DNA from: Callorhinchus milii
Taxonomy: Eukaryota
Direction: 5' to 3'
DNA: 64,000 bases
NCBI RefSeq assembly: GCF_018977255.1
Contig: NW_024704742.1
Coordinates: 13,146,001-13,210,000, forward strand
The translations under genes and the position numbers were made by a program. Below are positions 1 through 14,262 of this stretch, in pieces (positions within the stretch are counted from its first letter, which is position 1; the number at the start of each line of letters is the position of its first letter). The notes below the pieces were generated by a model that did no database searches, was not told where the DNA came from, and saw nothing but the letters and a program-made list of their open reading frames with translations.

Positions 1-1384
1 GTCCATATTGTACATTTTTATTCGAAACCTTTAGTTGGCAATTTGCTCCGCTCAGCATAACATATAACTACTGTATTTATTTTGACCCATATTTAAATAG
101 AAATAAAGAATACTTTATGTAACAGTTAAGGTCCTGATTCTTCAACCTGCTTTTAATCAATTCCCCATCACAGGGCACAGTATTCATCGTTACATTTGAT
201 ATTGCAACTTTTATCGATGGGAGAATGTTTCAAAGAGCTTCACAGGATTTTTACTGCAAAGTGGACTGACTGTATTTGTAGACGAACGTGGCAGCCCAAT
301 TGCACGCAGCAATATCACACAAACAGCCGTGAAATGAATGACAAATTTCACCTGGCAGGACACCGAGAGAAACTCTCTTCTATTCCGGACAGTGCCATGG
401 CATTCTTAACGTCCACCTGAACACCTGGACGGAACCTCGGTTTAAATGTCTCATCAGAAGGACAGCACCTCCGACAATGCAACACACCCCGAGGACTGCT
501 TTGAAGTGTCAGTTTAGATGAGACACAGCCATTCTGTTCTGCTTAAAACAGTCAGGTCATTTCCAATAATTGCCTATTAAGTAGGATCGATCACTATTAA
601 AAAAAGATTTTGTAATCTACAAAACAAATTGCAAGGCTGCTTGTGTTCGTCAGTTTGTTCTGCCTTCTGAAATGATAAACACGAGCCGGTAGTTGGCAGA
701 TCTGCAATGAAAAATGGGGAATGGAAAGACCCAGACACAATGATATGAAAACTGTCAAATATACGCAGAGCATGGTTGTATTTATACTCAAACCCTAAGA
801 CCCAGGTCTCTGATATATCTGCAATCCTGTCTGCACTTCCAAGCTTAAATGTACATTAGTCCCAGGAGGGGTTCCCTTCCTTGGCAGAGAATTAGCTCCA
901 GATCCCATAGCTTGCCATTACTATGTCTGCAGCACAGCACATTTATGATTAAAAATTACCTTGCAAAATAGAGTTTAAATCTCAGGACAACTCATCCCCT
1001 TATAGCGTGTTTCATCAAAAAGACTGAAAGGGAATCACAAAATCAGACAGGCAGTAGTTATGGCCCACAATCTCAGCTCAACATCCCGCAATGATAGAAG
1101 GAATGAGAGAATGGAAATAATCTCCGCTGCTTTTGGACTGTAACCTAACTGACAGAGCAATATTTTCTTATCGACTCTGGTCCTGTGTGGAACTGAGGGT
1201 GAAGAAAGACTGTGTTGATGTGCACAATGCAGAGGACAGAGTTTGTGATGTTGCTGATTGTATACCATAAATAAGTATTAGAGGAGAGAGCACAAGAGGT
1301 AGGATTCCTCTGTCTCCTAACACAAGTCCTGAGGAAACAGGTCCAACACACTTGCTAAATGTAAGAAATCCTCACAACAACTGT

Positions 1385-1810
1385 ATAATATAATAATAAC
1401 TTGCATTTATATAATAATAACCCTTGAATTTGCTATTGTGTCTTTTCACGTCGAGAAGACGTTTCAAAGAGCTTCACAAGATATACTGCAAAGTGTAGTG
1501 ACTGTGTATTTTTAGGCAATTGTATTAGCCAATTTTCACACAGAAATATCCGACAAACAGCCATGAAGTGAATGACCAATTTTTATTTGAGGGGTTGTTG
1601 GCCCTTCTCTTTTCAAATCATGTTCATCTGAACAGGCTTGGTTTAACGTCTCATCTGAAGAATGGCACCTGCAATAATGCAGCACACACCCAGAAGTGTA
1701 TTTGAGTAACAGCCTAGATTATGAGTTCAAAGTCCCAACATGGGGCTTGAACCCACAACCTTTTAACTCAGGGACAAGAGTGCTACCAACCGAGCCAGAG
1801 TGACACATCC
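1385..1810 (-). mobile_element. Older Deu-domain SINE (SacSINE1/AmnSINE1-like); related copies at about 190-520 (-), 15005-15255 (+), 26480-26770 (-), 35480-35785 (+), 54240-54770 (inverted pair), 56738-57000 (-)
   Basis: Diagnostic segment GGTTTAACGTCTCATCTGAAG..GCACC..CAATGCAGCAC and a different tRNA head (GGTTGTGGGTTCAAGCCCC). Confidence 0.75.
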
Positions 1811-2804
1811 ACATAAATTGTAACAGATGGAACTTGTAAATTAATATCATAAGCAAAGAAAGGGTTGGTTATTGGAAATAGGTAATAACATTCCAGATAA
1901 TATAATATATATATAAAACTTTTTTTAAAAATTACTCCCTTACAATTTTTCCCAGTTTATTTGCACATTTCGTTAAAGAAAAGCTCCTTACAAAGTTATG
2001 TTTGTGGTACATTGTGTTTGGAAGCTCCAATACATAGAAGCTTTATTGCTACAAAGTCAATTGTCAGATCTTAGGTAGCAGCCTAATATGATGGCTTCAA
2101 ATAACTTATTACTTTTTTGAGAGTCATCAAGATGACTTTCCATTTTGCTTATAGTTATGTGGCGTGCCCTTGCACTACCTAACCTCTGCTCTTTGCCTCC
2201 TGAGGCACATTTAGTTACAGGGAAGGTCCCAGAGGCAAACAGTGAAACTGAAACCTGGTGTTCACTTGTTTTTTTTGGGTGATTTACTAAGTGAAACTTC
2301 TGTATTTTATGTACCTATTAAAGATATAGTACATAATGTACTTATTGGCAGTACTTCCAAGAACACAATATCATTGAGGAATTCTGGGCTTTCAAGATGT
2401 GTTCTTTTAAGGTGGTTCTTTTAGTGATTCTCAGTGTCTGACACATGCAGTCACCAAAGACTATGCTGAAGACTATCCAAACAGACTGGGAGTTCCACAT
2501 ATGTACTGCACTGTGTTCGGAACACATCCAGCTTGCCTAATTCTAGAGAGCATTAAACACAAGTTGCCAAGAGCCAAGGCTTGGGAAGCCCACTGTGTGT
2601 GTTGGGGTACTCCTGGAGTCTAACCAGCTAAACCACATAGTTAATCATTGAGAATACCTTCCAGCTGTTTGTCAAGCTTGAACCACCCTACCCATCAGGG
2701 ATTTGGTTTAATTTCAGACTGAAAAACTTCCAGATATTAATTACCCTCTGTGTTACAAAATTGTTCCAGGGTCTGTTCTGAAATTGCCCTTTCGGAACCC
2801 TAAA

Positions 2805-3421
2805 TCTTGATCTCTGTGCTACCTTTGACACTGTTGACTACTCTATTCTTCTCTCAGCTCTACCTTTGTGGCTCTGTCCTTGCCTGGTTACGTTCTTATC
2901 TTTCCCATCATCTCCACTTTGTTTCCACCAATAGACTCTCCTCTAGTCCTCCCACCATCACGTGTAGTGTTCCACAAGACTCGGTACTTGGTGCTTTCCT
3001 TTTTAATATTTACCTGCTCCTGTTCAGGGATATCATCCGCAGACATACGGTTAACATCCACATGTATGCAGATGATACCCAAATATCTCTCTACCTCCAC
3101 CCTCGACTCCAGGACCACTGCTGTCCTAATGAATTGTCTGTCAGACTCAAATCCGACAGTTGAATGTCGTCAAGACTCTCTCCTGCTTGGCTCCCGTCAG
3201 CACCTCCACACTTCAAGCACTGACAGCATTGCCTCCTTCAAGGTCTGCTTCTTTCTTCCTTCTCGACCGTGACTTCGGTCATCTTCCCTCCACCAATCCC
3301 CTTGTCCTCCACTCCTCTCTGATCCCAACCTGCAGCTCGGGTGCAAACACCTCATTGTCTAGCTCCTTCGGTCATCCTCCCGACGTGAAAGGCATAAAAT
3401 AAATACAATTTGTTGTTGTTG
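2805..3421 (+). mobile_element. L2 LINE fragment, internally deleted (RT core joined to 3' tail)
   Basis: SVPQDSVLGAFLFNIY...HMYADDTQ followed shortly by the L2 3'UTR and (TTG)n. Confidence 0.85.
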
Positions 3422-4040
3422 CTAAATCTTTGGCCTCTTGTTCTGTTTCAGTACTTCTGAAAGTAGTGTTCTGGGTTTATTATTAATAATAATAATCCTT
3501 ATTACTATATTTGATATTTCATGCAGGGAGACAAACAAATGTGTTTCATAGTATATTTTGTAAAGTGTAGTGACTGTATTTTTTCTGTGGTAAATGTTTA
3601 CTTTCAGCCCAAAATACACAGTCAAAACCACTTTACAGTATATCTTGTGGAGCGTTTCGACAACAACAACAAAATTACATTTGTGTAGCGCCTTTTACGT
3701 TGGGAGGATGTTCCAAGGCACTGGACAATCAGTGTTTCAGTCCCGAGCTCCCCACACACCGCCCCGCACAACATACATACAGCCTCCCACCAGCCGCACC
3801 CCCCCCTCAGCCCCGTTGACATATCTCAACGATGTGATGAGGTGCGATATCAAATGAAAGGCTTATTATTATTTGCAAACCCAAAATAAAATCTTATATA
3901 GTTGCATAAAATTCCCTCTAAGGCATCTCCTTTCAAAGCTAAAGCTAAGAAGCTTGTCCGCTCTCTCCTTATTGCTTATTATTCGAACACTGGGGAATGA
4001 ACAATTCCAAACCGAGCAGTAAAACAGATTGTGGGTGGCA

Positions 4041-4095
4041 TTAGATAATAGGCAGAATGCTAACATTTCTTGAAGTAAGTACCTCCAGTAGGTAC
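4041..4095 (-). CDS. HTR4: Candidate terminal coding exon of HTR4: (R)YLLEVLTSRNVSILPII*
   Basis: Good acceptor cctttctctgctatctgtag, correct phase 2, and an R-Y junction as in mammalian 5-HT4(a). The rest of the tail is not recognisably homologous. Confidence 0.35.
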
Positions 4096-5521
4096 CTACA
4101 GATAGCAGAGAAAGGTAAGCACCACTTTCAGGTGCTAAAATACTTTTCTCTACAGATTGCCTGTGTCCTTCGATTCTCAAGAAGTAAGTTTACTTGTACT
4201 TTTTATTGCAATTAAACTATTATTGGTGTTATTGATGCGGGAGTTTAATTCTAAACTTGTTCCTCTCACCTTAAGCAAATATCCATCAAACAACATACAC
4301 ATGAAATGTTAAAAATTCCCTGTACCTTTGAGCTCCATCTGATCTCCAGCTACTGGAAACATTGGACAGATTTATTTGCTAAAACTACAATTGCTGTTCA
4401 TATAAAATCTTACAAATCACAGTGGGGCCAGCTGTACCAAGCAAGTGTTTCAAGTTCATATCCACCGACCCACCTCTGTGAAAAATGCAGCAGATTGTAA
4501 CTAAAAAGATGGGTTTATTGTGCAATGGCTGGATCTGTCATCACAGAACCACAATTTTACATTCAACCCATCCTGACAAGTGGATCTTTAGTCTTTAGAT
4601 CTTTAGTCTGACTCCAGTATTCTCTCCAACAGTGCTCTTGCCTCATCACTTGTGCTGAGATAGGGTTTCACAGTGACCAAGTGTAACCCATTGAGTATCA
4701 CAGCTACACCCTATCCTCACAGACATCATTCCAGCCGGGATTGTGATCAGAAGGAACTTAAACTGACAATTCACTTTTCCTTTGCCTTTGGGGGGATGGT
4801 TGTTGAGGAAGGAAATGGGACTGAAGCTACGATCACATCTCCAATGTCACCCTGGTTGAGATCAGCTAGTACAGCACAGATGTGGGACTTTCACTGTATG
4901 TGTGGCTCAGTTACACACGGGCAAACTCTTCACCAACTTAACCTGATTATTTGATGGAATGGTTTAAGTTTGAATATCTTTTCCGGGCAGAGAGATTTGG
5001 GCCAGTCTTGTCCAGTGCAATTGTACAACCACAATGTGCTGGAGCAATCATACCGGTTTCTTGTTTAGCAAATGTCAATGAAGGGAGCAGCGCGCTGTAA
5101 TTAAAATCATTAACACTTCAGCAATCAGGTGTCCAGAACTCCCCTTGAACAAGCCATGGTGAAAATATTTTTTTAGCTGAGAGTTTTGGTTTGCAGTATT
5201 GATTTTAATAACGCCCCATTTAGTGGGGTTAAGACCAGCATTTCAGAATTGGAACTCTTTGAGGTGAGACCGGGTTAGCCAGCAATGCATTTGGATCAGC
5301 AAGGATCCTGGATTTGTTATTAAGAACTAATAAACAATGACTGTGAGAAAGGAACGAATGCCATTCTTGGGAAAATGAGAAACAGTCCTATTGTACAGCA
5401 CCTTGCTTAAGCGACTGAAGCTCCCTAGATAAACAATTCACAGTACATCAAACAAGCTGAAATGGCCAATCCTTAGCGCCAAGGGAAGGCACGGGGCCGC
5501 TTATAAATTAATAGGCCTTAC

Positions 5522-6075
5522 CTCAGTATTACTGTTGTCCTGTTCACGGATGTTGTGTAAGTTGCTCCGTAGCCTGCTCCTCGTCCATACCTGTGGTCCC
5601 CACAGCACAGAATGATCAGAAAGGCACGTCTGAACGACTTGTTCAAGAAAGCATATAGAAAGGGGTTCAACCCTGAGTTAATGTATCCCAGCCAGAGGCA
5701 AGCGTTCCACAGCTGCATTGGTGTACTGTATTCGATGAAGGGGTCAACGATGTTGGTGATAAAAAAAGGTGCCCAGCAGAGACAAAAACATCCCATGATA
5801 ATGCCCAGTGTCTTTGCTGCTTTGGTTTCCCTTTTCATCACACTGGAGCCCTGGTGTTCAGTGCTGTCGGTATCTGTGGCAGCTCCTGCCCGCTGCAGAT
5901 TCCCTATACGTCGGGCGTGCTCCATCGCGGTGACGTATATCCTCTGGTAAGCCAGCACCATGAGGATTAGGGGAATGTAGAATGCCACGGCTGAGCATGT
6001 GATGGCGTATGTTTTGTTCACCATAAATACACAGTACGTTTCATTTATGGCTCGGTTGAATTTCCTTTCCTCTAT
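5522..6075 (-). CDS. HTR4: 5-HT4 receptor coding exon (ECL2, TM5-TM7, proximal C-tail), 554 nt, phase 0 to 2
   Basis: Translates [35 protein letters not shown]...[29 protein letters not shown]...[31 protein letters not shown]...VIL(R), closely matching vertebrate 5-HT4. Acceptor tttcctgtttcgcag, donor AG|GTAAGG. Confidence 0.96.
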
Positions 6076-9000
6076 CTGCGAAACAGGAAATACAACAGTA
6101 GAAAAGAAAAGCCGTTCAAAGTAACCAGAGTACGCAGCCTCTGCACTGAAAGAGAACCCTTGGATTGTGTCAAAAAGATTGTTTGTGAATAGAAGTGGGG
6201 AGCAGTCTTAATAATAATAATCTTTACATTTGATATAGTGCTTTTTACGTCTTCTAGACGTCTCAAAGTGCTTCACAGAATATACTGCAAGGTGAATTGA
6301 CTGTGTATTTGTTGTGGGAGAAATGCGGAGGCCAATTGCGCACAGCAGTATCCCACAAACACTCGTGGATTTAGTTAATTATTTAACACAGTAGATTACA
6401 TCCCGATACTGTTCTATTCCATCTACTGCTTTTCACTCTCTAAACACAATATGACGGATTCGTCAACAACAACAAAGTTTTCACATTTTACACTTTTCAC
6501 ATTGGAAGGACAGAATCGATATCAACCAAATCAGTCTGCAGGAAATTTTAGCCAATTAAACAAAAAAATTGTTTCAAAGCTGAATTGACTTCAGGTAATG
6601 CAGCCCTGCGTTGCATAAGTTTATCTGTAACTTATATAGTCTTCTAGAGTTATTCAGTCAAGAACTGTTGCCTTAAAACCAATTTGACTTTTGCTTAAAC
6701 GACTTCATGATTCAGGAGTGTTGGCAAGCCAGTTGAATAGGTGATTTGAAACATGTGCGAAGATGTCTGAACTGTGGAGGATAAATCTTTAATGTCAGCA
6801 AACAGCATTGGCAAAATTAGTTTTGTTCCCAATCTGTCAGTGGATGGAGTGGAATAAAATATGACTGCAGCTGCAGGGAGGAAGGAAGAGAGGAGAGTGG
6901 AGGATGAGAAATTCCACCTGGGCCTATATTCACTCTTTTTTCTTAGCATTTCAGAACATGCAGAATTGAGTAAATTGTTCAATACAGTCTGATCTTTAAA
7001 GCTGGTTTCTGTAGTTCTTTAAAACAAATTATAGAAACCCAGCACAAACATTTTGTCAGAATAATATTTTCTCTATAACATACAAATGAACAAGATTGAA
7101 CTAATGCTCACTGTCTTATGTTTCCCACCTTACTCTCATTTCAAATGCAAGGATTATTATTATTATTATTGAGCGGACATCTTTCTGGCTACATTTTGAC
7201 TCTCTGCTTGCAACCATCCTAATTCTTGGACTAGGTTTCAATATGCTGCCTGGCTTTGACTGCCTCCTATCGTTTATTAGCCTTGATGAGCAATACCTTT
7301 CTTTCCAATGCATACCTCTGCCATCTGGTTTCAAAATGGATGGGGACAGAATACCTGATCCAGTCAATCCCTACTCACATTTGCTATGAGACCAGACATT
7401 AAAGATAAGCTACTGAAAGTGACTCAGGAGAGTTGGGTAATTTCAAGCTGGTGATTTAAAACAGATGGTTTAGGAAGTGGGTTCCCCCCACCAGTAGGGA
7501 ATGGATAGGTGCCTGATCACATAGCGTCACTCTGAGGGGAACTGTTGATGCCAAACCCAAACCCAAGCTTTCCGTGATGGAATTACCTTCCATTCACTTT
7601 TCTCTGAATAAATGAAACAGAATGTCCAGATAGATGCTTAATATCACAAGCTACTGACTCCTAGCTGTTCTGTGTCTAGAGTATTCACAGTATAATTAAA
7701 GGGAAATTGGCTTCTTCCAAATGATTGAATTGTAAAATCTTGTAAAAGGAAATATTTGCATTTGCCATGTGGCTCAGTAGCTTCTATCACTATGGTTTAT
7801 ACTGTAAGTTTCTGCTCTGAGACAGTCTGGAAGTAGATCTGCTAGATCTCGCTCCTGTTCTTATATACCAGGAACATCAAAATTTAAAGTTACAAAGGGC
7901 AGTTTCAGGACAGTCACCAGGAGTTATTCTTTACCCAGTAAATAATTAACAATTGGAACAGTTTGCCCAGGATGGTGACTGAGACTAGGATACTGAATAT
8001 ATTGAAAAGATATTGAAAAATATGTTTGATACTATGAAAGGATGGTAGGATGAGTGTTTTGCAAGGATGAGATCAAATGGGTCAAAAGGACTAATCTTGT
8101 GATCCTGTGATCATGTTCTCTCAGTAATTCAAGGTTGTCTACTCTACAAATTCCTGGTCTTGATGTCACCAGATTCAAAATGTTCTAATGGGATGTGGAT
8201 TTCTTTAAGGAATAAGTAGATTGGTTGTGATTTGTGGTAACTTTATTGACTTGTAACTTTATTAGCTGATATTAGTCTTTGCTCTCATCAGTTATGTTCT
8301 TACTAAATGCATTAGTAAGGAATCGATTCACTGCCTTTCTCCGGCCCGTAAATGTGACTCATGATCAATTTAGCAATCGATTGAGATGGTCAGTTGCAAA
8401 CCATGAAGTTTCAGATGTGCAATTTCATTTCAGACCCTGCAGAAAATATAGGGTGCACAATAATAAAGCAATTACAGTAATTTCAATATGGAATTATTGC
8501 CAATACAGGCAACTCCGTTATAAGGCGTCCCAGTTTAGAGCCTGTGTCTGTAGTGGACACATACTATACCAGAAGGGCAGGATTGTTTGACTTCCTGCAT
8601 GAAAAACTGTTTGCCTTCCAGGTGTTCAAGTCATCAATTACATCATTTCCTGCACTTTATTCATGCTCACTATGCTTAAGAAAGGTTTCATCAGTAAAGT
8701 TTCCTGCTCAAAGGACACATGTAAAGCTGCAGGAAGTGACGTCAGCAATGCTGCCTGCACGTAGCATCCATGCCCACAACATGCAGGTGATCCAACAACC
8801 TTGAAGGCAGCATTTTTTATTTGCTTTGTTTTAACAAGGAGCTCTAAGTTTATGAACCCAAACCACTGTAATTTAATAGCCATCCCGAATTGCTGAAAAG
8901 TTGCTCCAACCGATTATCTTTTTGAAACCAGTGATCGAAACATATTGCAATAAATAAAATTTAACTTTCACTTTATCATCCTACAATGATAATGATCTGT

Positions 9001-9495
9001 GGATCCTCACAAGACCACAGAAAAATCAGAAATGAGCACAGGGCTTCTCAGCTCAATGAGGCTCATCCCCTCAATGCAGTTACAGTCCAGTTATCCCCAT
9101 CACATCTACCCCTTAGTCTTTGGTCAATCACAGTGTCACAGGCCTGGGAGCAACAAAATGTCTGCTCTCGGTTGCTGAAGTCTGGTAAAGCCTTTTGTGT
9201 TCCAGCACCTCCATATCTCCACACGCATTGTAGGTGATTCAACTGTGACAGGGTAAGGTCATTCCATACTTTGTAACTCCATCCACAGTCCCTTTGCCTC
9301 ACTCCCTCCCTTGCATCCTTCAAGGCACATCTCAAGACCCTCCTCTTTGACCATATGTTCGGCCACCTTCCTACCTCCCCACCCTTGCTTGGGACACATC
9401 CTTGACTGTCCAGCACCTTGGGACGTCCTCCCGACATGAAAGACACTATACAAATGTAATGTTGTGCTGTATTCCACAATTCCAGAAATACTCAC

Positions 9496-9649
9496 AGTCT
9501 CCGTAATTCCAATGGTGTTCCAGCCTTGCAGGATAGGAAGAAAAGATATAAAGCATGGAATTACCCAGCATCCACCCAGCATAAGAGCCACTCGCCAGGG
9601 AGTCATCTTGTTCCTGTAGACCAAGGGTTTGCAACAAATTGCATAATAT
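9496..9649 (-). CDS. HTR4: 5-HT4 receptor coding exon (ICL2-TM4), 154 nt, phase 2 to 0
   Basis: (R)[51 protein letters not shown]. Acceptor ttttcag, donor ACT|GTGAGT. Completes the DRY motif across the junction. Confidence 0.96.
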
Positions 9650-11720
9650 CTGAAAATAAATGAACAAAGAAGCTATCGCAGGTTGTTGAGGATCAAGTGC
9701 CGAAGACAACTTCCCAAGATATTACTGGGTGGTTTTGGTAAATGCTTCTCTGTGGGCTACAATAAGTGACAGGAAACAAACCAGGAAATTGGGGTTGAAG
9801 GACTGAGCATGTTACAGGAATTCTGTAGTGTTATTTGAGACCATAATTTACAACATCATTATAAAATTATTCACTTTTTAAAAAAATTATTTTGCAGCAA
9901 AACACTCAGACTGGACTCAAAGTTAGCAGAGAAGGAAACAGGTTTGTTAGCGACAAGTCCTTACCCATAGTTTATCTTGATACGCATTTCCCTCTCCTCA
10001 AATATCCCTCCTCCTTGCCCAAGACAGACATTCAGGATAGAGTACAGTGTCATACTTCTCAGCAGTGTCTTGCCCAAGTCATCATCCTTCATGTATGAGC
10101 CCAAGCAGTAAATGCCAGTGGGTGATTCAACTGTGACAGGGCAAGGTCATTCCAGCAGACCCCAATCCTATCCTCACCAGGAACTGACATTGCTCATGGG
10201 CTTCGCCTTGAGGCCATTGTCTTAAAATTGAAGGTGGTGCCAGACGAATTTTGAAATATTCCTTAATTCAGTCTTGGTTTGGAAGCCGCAGTCCACAAAA
10301 CACTTCCAAATTAAGCATGACTTTAAGAATTTTCCAAAATTCTGCATCACAATCAATTTAAAGACAATTGGCTAAAACCATGAGAAATATTGAGCCTCTG
10401 AGGTCCACACACACTGTCCACAAGATAATGATAAAGAGCAGTAAAGGTGTTGATTTATTTCTCTCTAGCCAAGGCACTGTGGTGTCAATTATAGTGCATC
10501 ACCTTCCTCCTCCCCCCTGAGAATGACCACTTCAGCAACAGACCAAAGATACAACTTGTGATCTGGTTTGTAAGGTTCAGTAATATACCAAACAATACAT
10601 TTATACACTGGGCCTTCGGAGAGACACGTGTGTTCCTTTCATTCTTTTCTTAATAACTTCCTATTTAGAGTTTTTTTCTGAGCCTTCCTGACCCTCATTT
10701 TATTTAATGATTACTACTAGTTACTAGTTAAGACTAACCTTAACCTTAGGGTCACTGATAGATTGAGGGGAGAAAGAGCATGAGAATGGAATAAAAATAG
10801 GTAGTTCCAGTTAACACTAGCGAGGATGATTTCCTGCTGTGCTGTCACCTTTCCATGATTCAATGTTAATAGCAGTCCTGGAAAAGGTGACTGTATAAGA
10901 TGTTCTTTGAAGGTATAATCTGAAAAAGGAAAGTAAATACTTAAGAGTAGCGGCTGAAATTATTTTTATCTAAAAAGAACTGGACAGAAATGCTTTGAGA
11001 TTTTCATTTTTTAATCATTATATAGAACCATTGACAGAGATTTGCTCAAGGAGGTGAAGCTGCGTGATGAGATAACTGGTTCACAGCCTTCCCTTTGGAT
11101 CCCCTTTCCTGTGACCTTTCTGATCATGTGAATGAAGCTGGAACTATAACTGAAATGAGAGTGACAAGACGTTGTGCAATATATGGTATTCTAGCTGAGA
11201 AGAAACTGAACAAGTCTTTAGTATCAGTAACTATCTAATACAACCTCTGTTTTTTCTACCATGTCTGCTTTTAAAATGAGAGTTCTTTAACTCTTTCATA
11301 TTTCATCCTTGCCCACATACGTCTACTCACCCACACACTATTTGCTCGCTCCCTCCCTTCCCTCCCCTCACCCTGACCATTTCCCCCTGCTCGGGTCATG
11401 ACCCAACTATGCAGCGCCTTGGGACGTCCTCCTGACGTGAAAGGCGCTTTATAAATGGAATCTTGTTGTTGTTGTTGTTGTTGCTGGATGAGAGAATAGG
11501 CAGAAAGTTTGCTTTGTATCAATGAGGAATAAATTAACATCACGGTTAATAGTTAGTAATGAGCAGACATGCCAACAAGTTCCAAGACTTATGTAAAATG
11601 CTGTTATTTTTGGTGGTAAGCTTTCACCCTGCAAAAGTCACTCAGTGAGAATTTGTTGAGTCTCCAAAGACAGATCTCATTGTATATTATGTGGAGTGTA
11701 ATGTAATGCACATTACTTAC

Positions 11721-11921
11721 CTGTCTAATGCAATGCAACACAAATGAAGAATGGATGCTGTTGTGAGTAGAACATCCAAGGATGTTCGAACAAGACAGAA
11801 GGTTTCTCCATAGGTCCAATGCTCTTGTACTGTCTCAATTGTACCAAAGGGCATCACCAAAATGGCTACAAGCAGATCGGTAAAAGCCAGAGAAACTATG
11901 AAGTAGTTGGTCTTTATTTTT
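11721..11921 (-). CDS. HTR4: 5-HT4 receptor coding exon (TM2-TM3), 201 nt, phase 2 to 2
   Basis: (R)[66 protein letters not shown](R), including the amine-binding Asp3.32. Acceptor tttcttgcag, donor AG|GTAAGT. Not in the ORF track. Confidence 0.96.
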
Positions 11922-12939
11922 CTGCAAGAAAAACATAAAATGTATAATTTATAGCACTAGAAATTTCCGATTTTGACACAGAAGACTGAGATATACCTTG
12001 AAGATCAATTGAGATTTGTAAATCAAACCAATGCCATGCAGGCATTGGGGGCTAGGCAGAAGTGGAACTCGTTGCCAGAAGCTGTGATTGAAGCAGAATC
12101 TATCAGTGGATTTAAGAGGAAACTTGATGCAAACAATTCAACAATAAAATACAAATTTATATTTATACAACGCCTTGCATGTCGGGAGGATGTCCCAAGG
12201 CACCTGATAGTCATGGTTTGGCACCTGAGGTAGGGATGGGAACCAATGGGGCTGGGGCTAGGGGAAAGATTGAAGGTGCGGTCAAAGAGGAAGGTCTTGA
12301 GACAGACTGAGGAAGGGGCGAGTTAGAGGGATGAAGCTCCAGAGGATGGGGACAGATAAGCTGAAAGCCCACTTAACAGTGGAGGAGTGGGCAGGGAAGG
12401 AGACATAAAACTGTCTGAGTACCGGCTGAGTGAAGGGAGGAGCTGGGTTGATAAGATAAATGAGGAATAAAGGCATAGAGGGGTATAGGAATGGCACAAG
12501 CTAATTGGTCTGAATGCCCCGTTTCTGGACTGTATCATTCTGTGCAATTCTAAGTCCTCGTAAAGTGGTTTGGAGATCAGAAGACTCTTTGACATACCTC
12601 TTAAGAACAGATTGCAGAATAACTCTGGGAGAGAGACTTGGGAGCAAGTCACCTGCCTCTCTTCTTGGCTGGGGATCAATGTCCAAAAGAAGAAAAAGGG
12701 AAAACAATATTTTGCAAACAAGGAAAGAGAATGAATCAGACCTTCAAGGATTATGTAGGGTAAATAGTAATGCATTATTTCCGTTGCTCAACACATCAAT
12801 AATGAGACTGCATATATTTAAGGTAATTGCAAAAAAACCAATTAAAGAGAGGACAGAAATTCTTTACAAAAAGAAGGTTTACAATGTGGAATTCACTGCT
12901 TGATACTGCAATGAATGCAGTTTTTTTTAAATGGAATGA

Positions 12940-13315
12940 CAATCCTGTAGCTTGGAGTCCTTGGAGCTTGGTTAGAACACTCGACTCACAAGCGAGAGAC
13001 TTGGGTTTGATTCCCGGCAGAGCGAAATGTTGGGCAAGATTCCTTACTACACGCACCTCTGTTTACCTAACAATAAGTAGGAACCCATTTGTTAGAACCC
13101 AGGTGGATCGCTTTTCCAGGGATAATAATCCGTCAAGAAAAAAAATTGTTACTCAATCCACAACTGTTTGTGGGACACTGCTGTGTGCAACTGGCTGCTG
13201 TGTTTCGCCCACAAATATACAGTCAATTAACTTTACAGTATATTTTGTGAAGAGCTTTGAAGCGTCTAGAAGACGTAAAAAGCACCATATCAAATGTAAA
13301 GATTATTATTATTAA
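12940..13315 (+). mobile_element. tRNA-derived SINE, long subfamily, inserted in a CR1 3' fragment (HTR4 intron)
   Basis: Same consensus, with CR1-like sequence on both sides. Confidence 0.85.
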
Positions 13316-14262
13316 TGAAGCAGATGTTTGACATAGAGGAATATTATACGGAGTAAAAGAAATTAAGCAGAGGAGTGGGTTAGATTAGACAGCTCGTGTG
13401 GGGTAAATCACCTGTATAGACTTAATGTTTATGCTCTGCAAAATGCAGTGTGAAAATGCAACATCTGGTGTGTTAACCATCAGCAGTACTAATTATCATA
13501 TCACTGAAGCTTTCTACTTTAGTAATTGGCTTCGCTCCCAGTGAAGAGATGGTGAGTGGGAAGCACTTTGAAATGTCCTCTGATCTCCACCCAATTTTAC
13601 AGGGACATAGAATTCAGCCCAACTCGTCTGTGACAGTGTGTTATACTTGAAATGAACCTAAAAACCCACACAAGGTTTTGCAGCTTTGTGCTCAGTGAGA
13701 ATACTGATACTCATTTGTTATTATAATCTCAATAGAGTTAAAAAAAAAGGTTTGAATGTAATACAATAGAGTTCAATTTGCACCAACCACATTTATATTG
13801 TGAGTTCCTCAAACCACTTCCCCAGATTCGGTAAGGCCTACAGAACTGCCTGTACCTCACAGTAATGTCTGGGTCCTTGCTTAAACTATATACGTGACGG
13901 CGAATCACTACTAAAATCAAATCACTGCCAAAAGTGCAGTGTGAACCTGGCATGAATGTCTGATACTGTATTACAGTATAAATCCTTTTTTTTTATCCTT
14001 TCCAGATAGTGGTTACAACAGTAGCAATCAAGAGTAGCAGAACAGAACTCAAACGTCACCTGTAATCATCAATGAAAAAAAAGCTTCTCAAATATATAGG
14101 TAATCCAGTCATACAAGCACATGAATCAACAATGACAAAAAAAGTAACACTATAGAATGAGGCTTAATCTGGAAAGTTGTCTCTCTGTAGAAAGATTACC
14201 AAGGCAAAACATCTTTGTGAGAAAGAGTGAGAGAGCAAGAGAAAGAACAAATGACTTCTCAC

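Noticed and set aside
5612..5950. 112-aa plus-strand ORF
   Set aside because: Antisense shadow of the HTR4 exon.
9259..9495. C-terminal part of ORF 9259..9624
   Set aside because: Read-through past the splice donor at 9496 into an intronic L2 fragment.
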